From Alphaproteobacteria bacterium (lineage in GTDB: Bacteria > Pseudomonadota > Alphaproteobacteria > CAAHEQ01 > UBA3637): a stretch of DNA of 45,220 nucleotides. A program made the position numbers and the translations under genes. Under the pieces are notes generated by a model. The model was not told where the DNA came from and searched no databases. It worked only from the letters and a program-made list of their open reading frames with translations. Positions 1 through 8,248 of this stretch are shown here, piece after piece (within the stretch, counting starts at the first letter, position 1; each line of letters starts with the position of its first letter). Where the stretch lies: assembly GCA_045605805.1 (NCBI GenBank), contig JAZUQR010000016.1, positions 1 to 45,220 of the forward strand, written 5' to 3'.

Positions 1-140
1 CCCATATCAGAATTATCCCCATCCATGTTGAAATAGGTCACAGAATGCCTTGAAATCGTTTCTGAAGCTATCCCAACCTTATCCCGGTTTTCCAAATCCC
101 ATTTGAGCATATTAACAATGCCCATCTGTAAATCCATGGG
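1..140 (+). repeat. Terminal direct repeat (assembly overlap), copy 1
   Basis: 1-140 is identical to 45081-45220 and lies inside a CDS that reads through the junction. Confidence 0.97.
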
Positions 141-470
141 ATATTCCACCTTTGTTACCATTACCATAGGCTCACCAATAAGGGCCTTATTCAGTGCAAT
201 AAAATCACCATCATTTTCTGTAATGGTATAAACACCATTGCTATAAAAGGAATCTGATATTTGCACTGTATCACCCACTTCCAACATAGTGCTTGAAAGG
301 TACAGCTTCTGTGCAATAATAGGACAATGGTACCGAATGCCCCTATTTTGAAAGTTATTATTGGTGTATTTCCGCACCATGGATTCCAGTGCCTGAAGTT
401 TTGCTTCAAGCACTGTATCATCCAAATCAGTATTGATATACTTCTTTACATCAGCAACTGAAATAATCAT
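1..470 (-). CDS. Head-tail adaptor (SPP1 gp15/HK97 gp6-like), 5' part; continues at 45080-45026
   Basis: Not in the ORF track. ATG at 470 after GGTGGGA reads MIISVADVKKYINTDLDDTVLEAKLQALESMVRKYTNNNF...KVEYPMDLQMG and joins the 45026-45217 ORF (ETISRHSVTY...LKPYKKARF); position between capsid and head-closure genes. Confidence 0.85.
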   Translation of the reverse strand, partial: MIISVADVKKYINTDLDDTVLEAKLQALESMVRKYTNNNFQNRGIRYHCPIIAQKLYLSSTMLEVGDTVQISDSFYSNGVYTITENDGDFIALNKALIGEPMVMVTKVEYPMDLQMGIVNMLKWDLENRDKVGIASETISRHSVTYFNMDGDNSDM

Positions 471-486
471 ATTTCCCACCTACTTT

Positions 487-972
487 TTAAGCCGTTTCAT
501 CATTAGTACGTGCTTTGGTGATTGCTTCAATGATAGCATCCTTGGTTCTTGCACTGCCCAAATCATATCCATGCTCTTTTGCATATGCTCTTAATTCTGC
601 AACAGTCATTCCATCCGGCACAAATTCATGGGCTTCATTAGGAATAACCAAATCCTTACCATCACGAACAATCACAATATCATCCGCATCCGCATCTACC
701 GCACCAATTCTTCCGTTTATTGCTTCGTCTGAAACTGCGGTGAAAACTTCCGCTTCAGGTTCATCCGGTGTAATTACCTCTTCCTCTCCAATGCTGTCAA
801 ATCCATCAGGGTATTTTGCATTGATTGATAACTCTGAATAGGTTCTTGTAGGAATCTCCGGCAATTCAACCGCCTTTCCTACTGTGAATCCTTCTTTGTT
901 TCTTCTAACTGCATAGGCTCTGCCATCTGCAAAAAGGTAAGGTTTTCCATCTACAAGCACATATTTATTCAT
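487..972 (-). CDS. Capsid-adjacent protein with C-terminal HeH/LEM/Rho-N-like domain
   Basis: C-terminal MTVAELRAYAKEHGYDLGSARTKDAIIEAI; acidic linker; immediately after the capsid gene. Confidence 0.65.
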   Translation of the reverse strand: MNKYVLVDGKPYLFADGRAYAVRRNKEGFTVGKAVELPEIPTRTYSELSINAKYPDGFDSIGEEEVITPDEPEAEVFTAVSDEAINGRIGAVDADADDIVIVRDGKDLVIPNEAHEFVPDGMTVAELRAYAKEHGYDLGSARTKDAIIEAITKARTNDETA

Positions 973-986
973 AAACTGCTCCTTTC

Positions 987-2012
987 TTAGCCATTGGACT
1001 TAATTAAGCCCATCTTTACATTCTTGTGGTTAAACTTTAATGCCCAGTTATCAGGGTTTCCTAACTCGGTGAAGGTAGGTGATTCCGTTGCAATATTATC
1101 TACTGCAAGGCTGATACCATTAGGATGCAATACTCTGCCCTGCTTGGTATACAGCTTCTCAATACCTGCATCAGTTTCAGGATCATAATCAACATAATAA
1201 GGTTCCTCGTAATTATTCTTTGTTGCGGAAAGGAATGCACCTTCACCAAGAACAAAGGTATTGTATACAGGGAATCCAGGTACAGAAGTATCTACAGTGT
1301 AGAAATCAGTTACCAAAGGAATCTTGCCACCGATATGAGGAAGGATAACTTCATTTCTCACACCGCCACCGGTGGTAAACTTATCATATTCTACAAGCTG
1401 CAACTTCTTGTACTGTGCGAAAATCTTGGAATGCATAACGATTAAGCCCATGCCACCTGCCATATCGCCAAGTGCAAGCTGTTCTGCATCAACCAAGGTG
1501 CCTGCATTTACAAGGTTTGCATCAGTAACAGTACCTGAAGTAATAGAAAGGTCAGTAACATGGTCAGACAATGCATCCAACTGCATTACTGCCTGTACAA
1601 TGTTCATCAATTCTCTTTCCCATACGGAACCATAGTAGTTCTGTACTCTACCTCTAATGTGGTCTAATGGATCAGCACCGGTTAATTCTGCGGTGAAGTC
1701 CTTAGACTTAAATGCCTTCATTCTCTGAATCAGCATGGTTGTCTGCTTGTCACCTGCAATCTCAACAGGGATGTTGTCAGTCATACCATCATTGTTCAAA
1801 GGTGCCATATTCTCTTCGAATACGTTAAAAGGCTTCCACATAGGAATAGTTGCCACATTACCCTTGCTACCAATAGCATCCATGATAGCTGCATCCTGTC
1901 TTACAACACCGGATGCTAAAATTTCATTCTTCCAATAATCGGCTTCCTGCATCATATCTGTAAATACTTCTGCGTCAAAATAGAAGCCACCAAAATAACC
2001 TGATCTCGCCAT
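987..2012 (-). CDS. Major capsid protein
   Basis: 341 aa directly after the scaffold; FDAEVF N-terminus and RVLHPNGIS C-terminal motif typical of Firmicutes phage coat proteins. Confidence 0.88.
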   Translation of the reverse strand: MARSGYFGGFYFDAEVFTDMMQEADYWKNEILASGVVRQDAAIMDAIGSKGNVATIPMWKPFNVFEENMAPLNNDGMTDNIPVEIAGDKQTTMLIQRMKAFKSKDFTAELTGADPLDHIRGRVQNYYGSVWERELMNIVQAVMQLDALSDHVTDLSITSGTVTDANLVNAGTLVDAEQLALGDMAGGMGLIVMHSKIFAQYKKLQLVEYDKFTTGGGVRNEVILPHIGGKIPLVTDFYTVDTSVPGFPVYNTFVLGEGAFLSATKNNYEEPYYVDYDPETDAGIEKLYTKQGRVLHPNGISLAVDNIATESPTFTELGNPDNWALKFNHKNVKMGLIKSNG

Positions 2013-2035
2013 AATTCATTTCATCCTTTCTTTAA

Positions 2036-2707
2036 TTAGCCCTTTAGGCTTTTGTACAATGTTTCATTTTGCTGTTTTAAAGCAATTCGCTGGTCCACAG
2101 TCATTTTCATAAACTGCTCTTTCGTGATTGATTTGTTGGTGAAATCCTTCGGTAGTCCTTTACCATCCAAAGGCTCATATTCACCGCCACCATCAGCCAC
2201 ACTTTCAAACATGGTAGGGAATTGAGTTTTTAAGCCGGTAAGCTTATCATCCCAACCCTTAATGGAATCATTATCATCAAGTTCCAAGGTTTCGCCCTTC
2301 TCCTTCAGCTTCTCATTCAGCTTAAAGGTCAGGTAATCAACATCCTTTGCCTTCTCGGAAAGCAAAGCCACCTTGATAGCTGATTTCAACTTGGTTTCCT
2401 GCAACTCTTTCTGAAGGTCTGCCACCTGGGTTTCATAGGTGCCAATCTTCTGCTGCAATTCCTCATTGCCCTTGGTTCCCTTCTTCAACTCGGCAATCAG
2501 GCCATTGGCTGTGGTAAGTTCTGTTTCCTTACCCTTCAGCAACTCATTCAGGGCATCATATTTACCCTTACCGACATAATCACCGGTGCCAAGGTTCGCA
2601 ATCTTAATCTGCTTATCCTTGTTTGCTTCGTTTCCGTTGTGTTCGTTGACTTTTGCTACAAACTGTGCATAAAGTTCATCACCCAGGATTTCTTTTAAAA
2701 ATTCCAT
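2036..2707 (-). CDS. Scaffolding protein (phage minor structural protein GP20 family)
   Basis: Start re-called at MEFLKEILG (RBS AGGAAGAGG); coiled-coil K/E-rich; AKDVDYL and LKTQFPTMF motifs; precedes the capsid gene. Confidence 0.85.
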   Translation of the reverse strand: MEFLKEILGDELYAQFVAKVNEHNGNEANKDKQIKIANLGTGDYVGKGKYDALNELLKGKETELTTANGLIAELKKGTKGNEELQQKIGTYETQVADLQKELQETKLKSAIKVALLSEKAKDVDYLTFKLNEKLKEKGETLELDDNDSIKGWDDKLTGLKTQFPTMFESVADGGGEYEPLDGKGLPKDFTNKSITKEQFMKMTVDQRIALKQQNETLYKSLKG

Positions 2708-2721
2708 ATCCTCTTCCTTTC

Positions 2722-2823
2722 CTTTGTCTGCTGTTTTATCCGGTGCCACCGGTAGACAAGCCTAGTTTTAATGCCATGCGACAGGGCATATTTGAGCAGT
2801 TTATAGGCCATACCCAGGGCAAA
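2722..2823 (-). ncRNA. Candidate structured cis-regulatory RNA in the scaffold leader (GP20-a/b-like position)
   Basis: Tandem units TGCCCTGGGTATGGCCTATAAACT and TGCCCTGTCGCATGGCATTAAAACT, then stem TTGTCT..AGACAA enclosing a CCGGT-GGC-ACCGG hairpin just before the RBS. Confidence 0.45.
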
Positions 2824-2877
2824 TTCAAGAATAGCTTCCTATTCCGTTACCTTTTCCACTCATGGTAGATAGGCAAT

Positions 2878-2914
2878 ATAAAAAGAACCATTTCCATTTT
2901 GGAAACAGTTCTTT
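2878..2914 (-). terminator. Rho-independent terminator after the endolysin
   Basis: AAAGAACTGTTTCCA-AAA-TGGAAATGGTTCTTTTT on the - strand. Confidence 0.7.
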
Positions 2915-2915
2915 A

Positions 2916-4109
2916 TTACTTGGTTACAATAACAGCATCATATCCTGATGCCTTCAATTTCTTCTGCATAGCTTCAGCATTTGCCTTGTTGCTATATGCA
3001 CCAACCTGAACACGATATATTGTGCCATCCTGGGCTTCTGTGGGCTTCTCTGTGGGCTTTTTCTTGGCAAGCCCTAATTCCTGTACCAAGAAAGCTAAAA
3101 TGCCTTCTGCGGTCTTATTCGCATGGGCTTCTGTTAGAATAATAGGCACATCCGTTGTGCTGTCCATAAAGCCATTTTCAATCAGGAATGCAGGCATCCT
3201 TGTATTCTTCAATACATAGAATGCATTCTTAATCACCTGCATACTTCTATTGCCATACAGCCTTGTTTCGTCTGTAATGAAATTGTACAGCTTCTGTGCC
3301 TGGTCCCTTCGCTTAATATCACTAGAATAGTAATAAACCACAGTGCCACCACCGGAACCACCATGGATTCCTGCATTGTGATGGATGCTGATATACATAT
3401 CCGCATTTGCACTATTAGCTTTGCCAACACGATTTGCAAGGGAAATATCATTTACTCCGGTAGTATCATCCACACGAATTACCCTGCAATCATAATCTGC
3501 AAGCATCTTTTCCAATATATCTGCAACCCTATCATTCAAGGTCCATTCCCTTGTGTCCGGGTAGCCTTTTAATGTGACACGTTTACCGGCTGTGTTCCGG
3601 CCATGCCCTGCATCAATTGCAATTATCTTTGCCATTTCATTCACCGCCATTTCATCATATTTTGTTAGATTATGAGATTCGATTAAGTTTATAAGCTTCT
3701 GTGGATAGTCCAGGGCTGTGGCATAGCCATTATCTTTCAATAATTGGCATACTTCCCTGTAATCTGTGTTACCTATAATGTCCTTATATCTATTGCCTGC
3801 TACCAAATAATCATTGTGATCTATAATGGATTGCTCCCAATTCTCATATGCTCGCCACTGTGTATCATCAACAACATAATAGCTTCCATCCGGCCTTTGC
3901 TCTGTGGCATCCTTGGTGTACGTTTTCCCGGTCCACCCATTTTTCTTGATACCGAATAATGCATTTGCCTTGGTAGCAAGTTCTGACTTACCCCATCCAC
4001 TTTCCAATATTGCCTGGGCTACAACAACAGAAGGTAAACAAATCCTTCTAAGCATCCAATCCTGCCTTGCAACCCTGCCAACATACTCAATAAACTCAAT
4101 CTGTGTCAT
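2916..4109 (-). CDS. Endolysin: GH73 glucosaminidase + Amidase_3 + SPOR domain
   Basis: AQAILESGWG/NALFGIK/GYAT (GH73); IDAGHG, SIHHNA, LIENGFMD (Amidase_3); YRVQVGAYSNKANAE (SPOR). Confidence 0.93.
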   Translation of the reverse strand: MTQIEFIEYVGRVARQDWMLRRICLPSVVVAQAILESGWGKSELATKANALFGIKKNGWTGKTYTKDATEQRPDGSYYVVDDTQWRAYENWEQSIIDHNDYLVAGNRYKDIIGNTDYREVCQLLKDNGYATALDYPQKLINLIESHNLTKYDEMAVNEMAKIIAIDAGHGRNTAGKRVTLKGYPDTREWTLNDRVADILEKMLADYDCRVIRVDDTTGVNDISLANRVGKANSANADMYISIHHNAGIHGGSGGGTVVYYYSSDIKRRDQAQKLYNFITDETRLYGNRSMQVIKNAFYVLKNTRMPAFLIENGFMDSTTDVPIILTEAHANKTAEGILAFLVQELGLAKKKPTEKPTEAQDGTIYRVQVGAYSNKANAEAMQKKLKASGYDAVIVTK

Positions 4110-4113
4110 ATCC

Positions 4114-4317
4114 TCAACCTTCCTTTACTTCAGGTAACCCGGCAACAGAAGTCAACAAAGACAACACACCTGCAAGCACAGATGCGGATGCCACTGCTAC
4201 CCAATTAACTTCATTCATCACTGCTGCTGTTCCAATGGTTGCAACTGCGGTCTGTGCCACTGTCTTAATGGCTCTTACTCCGGCAGCCTTCCACCATGCT
4301 TTCGCTTTCGTACTCAT
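4114..4317 (-). CDS. Holin (r1t-like family)
   Basis: WWKAAGVRAIKTVAQTAVATIG...SLLTSVAGLPEV; two hydrophobic segments; directly upstream of the endolysin. Confidence 0.88.
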   Translation of the reverse strand: MSTKAKAWWKAAGVRAIKTVAQTAVATIGTAAVMNEVNWVAVASASVLAGVLSLLTSVAGLPEVKEG

Positions 4318-4347
4318 GCAATCACTCCTTTCTTGGTTTTTTGCATA

Positions 4348-4392
4348 TTAAAAGGGCATTTCTGCGGATTGTTCACAGATAATGCCCTTAAA
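4348..4392 (-). terminator. Terminator-like hairpin upstream of the holin
   Basis: AAGGGCATT...AATGCCCTT inverted repeat followed by TTTT on the - strand. Confidence 0.6.
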
Positions 4393-4416
4393 TATCAGTT
4401 ATTTAGTTTTTCGTAT

Positions 4417-4443
4417 CAAAAAAGCACCCTATTCAGGATGCTT
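4417..4443 (-). terminator. Terminator overlapping the stop of the small ORF after muf
   Basis: AAGCATCCT-GAAT-AGGGTGCTTTTTT on the - strand. Confidence 0.7.
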
Positions 4444-4599
4444 CATGTCTTTGATAGATTGGTTTTCTTTCAAGACACCATATTGCTTCAGTATCTTTTC
4501 AAAATCCTTATCATGCTTTTCTTTTTCTTCAGCAGTATATTCTTTTTTTTCACCTGTTACCCTGCCCTTAGGTATGCCCTTTTTAAGTTCTTCACTCAT
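4429..4599 (-). CDS. 56-aa charged protein, candidate immunity protein for the MuF toxin
   Basis: Start re-called at MSEELKK (RBS GGCGGTGGAAG); overlaps the muf stop (ATGAGTGA); followed by a terminator. Confidence 0.55.
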   Translation of the reverse strand: MSEELKKGIPKGRVTGEKKEYTAEEKEKHDKDFEKILKQYGVLKENQSIKDMKHPE

Positions 4600-6028
4600 T
4601 ATCTTCCACCGCCAAAATAAAATAGGTTCCATCCTGTTCAACAACATTCACTATTGTAAAAGCAGAATTTCTCTTATACAGAATTTCACTTTCACCATCA
4701 TTCAATGCAGAAATATCTTTTCCGTTTTTCGCATCTTGAATATATATCTGCACCTGTCCTTCAGGATTGTATGTTTCGCCTTTTGTTGTAGATATGTATT
4801 CATCATAGGTCACTGTATTTCCAACAGTGTGCCTTTTCATAAATGCTTCTATATCTTCATCCGAATAGAAAAGCAATGATCTTTGCAGGTTCCCTTCATA
4901 TGTGGGCATCTTATCAAGTGCTGCATCAAGATTATCTACAAATTCCTTTTCTGAATCTGTAAGCTTTGTACCTGTTCGCAATTTCTCATTCACAACATAA
5001 GACTTTGCAGACATATAATCATGAACCGCTTTTACATCTGTATCAGTTAATACTATATTACTACTTTTCCCAATATTTTCAACAGCCTTCATGTACCTTT
5101 TATGAAAATCCTTTAAATTATCGGCTTCTATAATAGCAAATTGTGTGGTGCCATCATCATCAATCACAATAGGTGCATCCTCTGACCATTTTGTATAACT
5201 GTTACCCAATGCCCATCTTGCCCTTTGCAATAAAGCACATCTGCAATTTATATCTTCTTCCGGTCTGCCAAATCCACCCGGACACATAGCCTTGTGTCCA
5301 TTTACTTCAAATGGTTTGTCAAGTTCCCTTACCTGTCCATCAAGTTCCCTGTGTGAATTTCTTGTTTTTGAATCAAGTGTGGCTTCCCACTGCTTTACAA
5401 CATCAGCACCCTTCTCTTTTGCCTTAAACTGTGCATCCAAGGCAGCTTTACACTGAATCCGGTGTGCTTCTGTTCTCGCTATACGCATGGCATTGTTCTT
5501 TGGAATCCTGGCATAGCCTGCCACATTTCTTGCTATCTCTTTATACATCATGCCTACAGAAATGCCCCGGCTGATTTCCCCGGCAATCTTCTTTGACAAG
5601 TCCTTTGTATCATGTCCTAATGCTGTATATAGGCTTTCTGATAGCTGTGTTTCATGCTGTATGGCCTGTGCTACCTGCTCTTGGTCTAAAGGCATAATCA
5701 AAGGTATTCCCTGCCCTTGCAAATCGTACATAGTGCCAATATAGCCATCTTCATAGGATTGTGTGAGATACTCGCTTAGTGTTTCAAACTCATTGCTTTG
5801 CAACTGTTCCAAAATAGCCTGTACCTGGGTTTTCAAGGCACGTTGGTATTCTACTTGATATATAACATGTTGCATATCTGCATCTTGCCTTGCTAACAAT
5901 ATTTCAATCTTACTGTTAATTTCACCAAGGGCATCTTTATAGTTTTCTTCAAGCTTCTTTAAAACAGCTTTTTCACTATCTAATTGTGCTTGCATCACTT
6001 CTTTTTGCCTTTTATTCAACCACACCAC
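4592..6028 (-). CDS. muf: MuF (SPP1 gp7-like) minor head protein with C-terminal ADP-ribosyltransferase domain
   Basis: RIARTEAH, KQWEATLDSKTRNSH, INCRC (MuF); C-terminal YVVNEKLR, LQRS (R), YISTT (S-T-T), GESEILY (ExE) of R-S-E class ARTs; start may be TTG at 6019. Confidence 0.88.
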   Translation of the reverse strand: MVWLNKRQKEVMQAQLDSEKAVLKKLEENYKDALGEINSKIEILLARQDADMQHVIYQVEYQRALKTQVQAILEQLQSNEFETLSEYLTQSYEDGYIGTMYDLQGQGIPLIMPLDQEQVAQAIQHETQLSESLYTALGHDTKDLSKKIAGEISRGISVGMMYKEIARNVAGYARIPKNNAMRIARTEAHRIQCKAALDAQFKAKEKGADVVKQWEATLDSKTRNSHRELDGQVRELDKPFEVNGHKAMCPGGFGRPEEDINCRCALLQRARWALGNSYTKWSEDAPIVIDDDGTTQFAIIEADNLKDFHKRYMKAVENIGKSSNIVLTDTDVKAVHDYMSAKSYVVNEKLRTGTKLTDSEKEFVDNLDAALDKMPTYEGNLQRSLLFYSDEDIEAFMKRHTVGNTVTYDEYISTTKGETYNPEGQVQIYIQDAKNGKDISALNDGESEILYKRNSAFTIVNVVEQDGTYFILAVEDNE

Positions 6029-7484
6029 CTACTTCTTCAACTACCGGCACACTATCTAAGGCACCCTGGGCATCCACAACTGCATTTTCCGCTTCGTTTG
6101 GATCAGGAAGCTTACCCTTGATTTCCTCATAGTCAACATCCAACTGCTCGCAAATAAGCTTCATAATCGTTTCATTATCAAACTGTGATGCCACATTCAT
6201 AAGTGTTGTGATTTCAGCCTGCTTGCGTTGTGCTTCTGTAAGTTCTATCTGTGCATTTTCATGTGCATTACTCATGATTTCAGGGTTAAAATCAAAATAC
6301 ACATGGGTAATATCGTAATCTGTGCCTTCTCGCTCATTGATTTCAGCTAATACAACCTCAACCACTTCCTGAAGGAATAATTCTAATTGGTCAATAATCT
6401 TGTTACACCGCAATTCTAACAGTGAATATGCTGCCTTGATAGCAATGTTGGTTGTAGCTGCTGTATCTTTCAAGCCGGACATATTCAGCCCCATACCAAA
6501 TCTGTATATATTTTTTTCATCCAATTCCAACTTGGCCATTCTTGCTTCATAGGGTACATCTACTGTGTGAACCTCAATACCACCTTCATCATCCACACCA
6601 ACTATCTTCTTGGTTTTAAGATTCTGCTGTAATTCATCCAGGTTGTCACCTTCAAAGCCTTTAATCGCATACAATGGCACATCAAAATCAATCAGATTGT
6701 TGGTCAATCCGCTTGACATCATATCATAATCATCAATTAAGGGCTTAACAGCCGGAAGTAAGCTTTTTCGCTTCTTGTTATTGTCTAACCGGAAGAAAGG
6801 AAGCAAATGATAATCTTTCTTCTTGTACAGCTTATCTTCCTTCTCATATACTGCATGTGGTTTAGGGTTTATCGTTTCTTTTTCGTCAATTTCTATTTCC
6901 CCATTATCCGTTTGCTTGTAGTAGTATGTATTTTCATCATCAATAACAAGGATTTTCCACTGTGTTTTCCCATCCTTGTCTATCAGGTCAACATATTTGT
7001 ATATATATTGGTCCTTTCCATCCTCTGCAAATCTACCTTCTACTTCTACCACACCAATGCAATCAGCATTTTCAAACGCAAGCCTATCATTTCTGCCTTT
7101 ATAGGCATACATATAATCAAAGCCCTTGCTCTGCATACCGGTAATTGTTTCAGACAGTTCCACCATGAACCGCTTGTTTTTATTGAAATACAGGTCAAGT
7201 TCCTTCTGTAGCATGGTATCATCAGATTTTACAATACCTTCTGTGCCGGATAATACAAACTGTGTTGCCTGGTCCACTAACTCTGTAAAGAATGGATGTG
7301 GAATTTTGGCATTGCTCCTTGTCTTATCCTCTGATAGATTGCCTTCTGCATTCCAATAGAACAATCTATAGTCCAATATGTCATGCTCTCCGTTGTAGTA
7401 CCTGTCACCTTCTAATGCACTACGTTTAAGCAATGAGCCATCATCAGCATTTATGAATGATTTTATTTCTTCAAGTGTTAGCAT
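6012..7484 (-). CDS. Portal protein, SPP1 family
   Basis: RYYNGEHDIL, KIPHPFFTELVDQ, LIDDYD, AAYSLLELR motifs; 490 aa between TerL and MuF. Confidence 0.92.
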   Translation of the reverse strand: MLTLEEIKSFINADDGSLLKRSALEGDRYYNGEHDILDYRLFYWNAEGNLSEDKTRSNAKIPHPFFTELVDQATQFVLSGTEGIVKSDDTMLQKELDLYFNKNKRFMVELSETITGMQSKGFDYMYAYKGRNDRLAFENADCIGVVEVEGRFAEDGKDQYIYKYVDLIDKDGKTQWKILVIDDENTYYYKQTDNGEIEIDEKETINPKPHAVYEKEDKLYKKKDYHLLPFFRLDNNKKRKSLLPAVKPLIDDYDMMSSGLTNNLIDFDVPLYAIKGFEGDNLDELQQNLKTKKIVGVDDEGGIEVHTVDVPYEARMAKLELDEKNIYRFGMGLNMSGLKDTAATTNIAIKAAYSLLELRCNKIIDQLELFLQEVVEVVLAEINEREGTDYDITHVYFDFNPEIMSNAHENAQIELTEAQRKQAEITTLMNVASQFDNETIMKLICEQLDVDYEEIKGKLPDPNEAENAVVDAQGALDSVPVVEEVGGVVE

Positions 7485-7912
7485 CCTCTAAGTACACCAC
7501 CTTTCTTTACGCTATCCAATACTTCCTGGGAAAGTGTTTTTATGTTCAATGGTGGGATTTCCAATTTAAATCCTTCATCCCTTGGCATATCCACACAGCC
7601 TACTTCTATAAATGCCTTCAGCATCTTGGGAAACTGTATTGCAATCCAATCAACCATTTCTTCATTGCCTGCCCAACTGCAAGTATCAAGCCCGGATTCA
7701 TACAAAAAAGCATGAATCAATTCATGCCTTTTCACTGCTTTCTTATATTCCGGCAGATTCTTCTTCATGTCCGGTTCCGTTCCCTGCATTTCATCAACTA
7801 CACATTCCTTTGTGCTTGTGTCACAATAGCCATCTTTCCCCTTCAGCCTTTCATCATTGGCTTCATTGGATTCAATCAGATTGTATTCTGTTCCCAATAT
7901 ATTTACCTTCAT
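7478..7912 (-). CDS. HExxH metallopeptidase-like protein
   Basis: MKVNILGTEY...DGYCD...RHELIHAFLYESGL...EEMVDW. Confidence 0.65.
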   Translation of the reverse strand: MKVNILGTEYNLIESNEANDERLKGKDGYCDTSTKECVVDEMQGTEPDMKKNLPEYKKAVKRHELIHAFLYESGLDTCSWAGNEEMVDWIAIQFPKMLKAFIEVGCVDMPRDEGFKLEIPPLNIKTLSQEVLDSVKKGGVLRGC

Positions 7913-8030
7913 GTTGCCGCCTTTCTATTCGCCCCATTTAGGGCTTTTTCTTGCCTTCATGGGTATTTCTTCACCTTTGCTGTTATCGTTGAAATTTGCC
8001 CTGTAATTCGTTGCCACAGTGGGCTTGTAA

Positions 8031-8237
8031 TCATTCAATTCCCCTTGTATATCTGATTTTAGGAATATACAGCCTGTAAAAAGGTTTCCCAAAAGGTTTT
8101 CCGTTTAGTGTGGGCTGAATTTTATCAAATGATATAAGCTTGTGTATTTTGGATAACACAAGCAACCTTGCAAGTATTGGATGATTGCTTTCAACATCAA
8201 ACGGAAGTTTTACTACATCAAATTTCTTAATCTTCAT
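8031..8237 (-). CDS. Hypothetical basic protein
   Basis: Start re-called at MKIKKF (RBS GAAAGGG); fills the gap after TerL. Confidence 0.5.
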   Translation of the reverse strand: MKIKKFDVVKLPFDVESNHPILARLLVLSKIHKLISFDKIQPTLNGKPFGKPFYRLYIPKIRYTRGIE

Positions 8238-8248
8238 ATATTCCCTTT

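Noticed and set aside
1-140. 140-bp terminal repeat as a biological phage DTR
   Set aside because: It falls mid-gene and the CDS reads through the junction; best explained as assembler overlap of a circular contig
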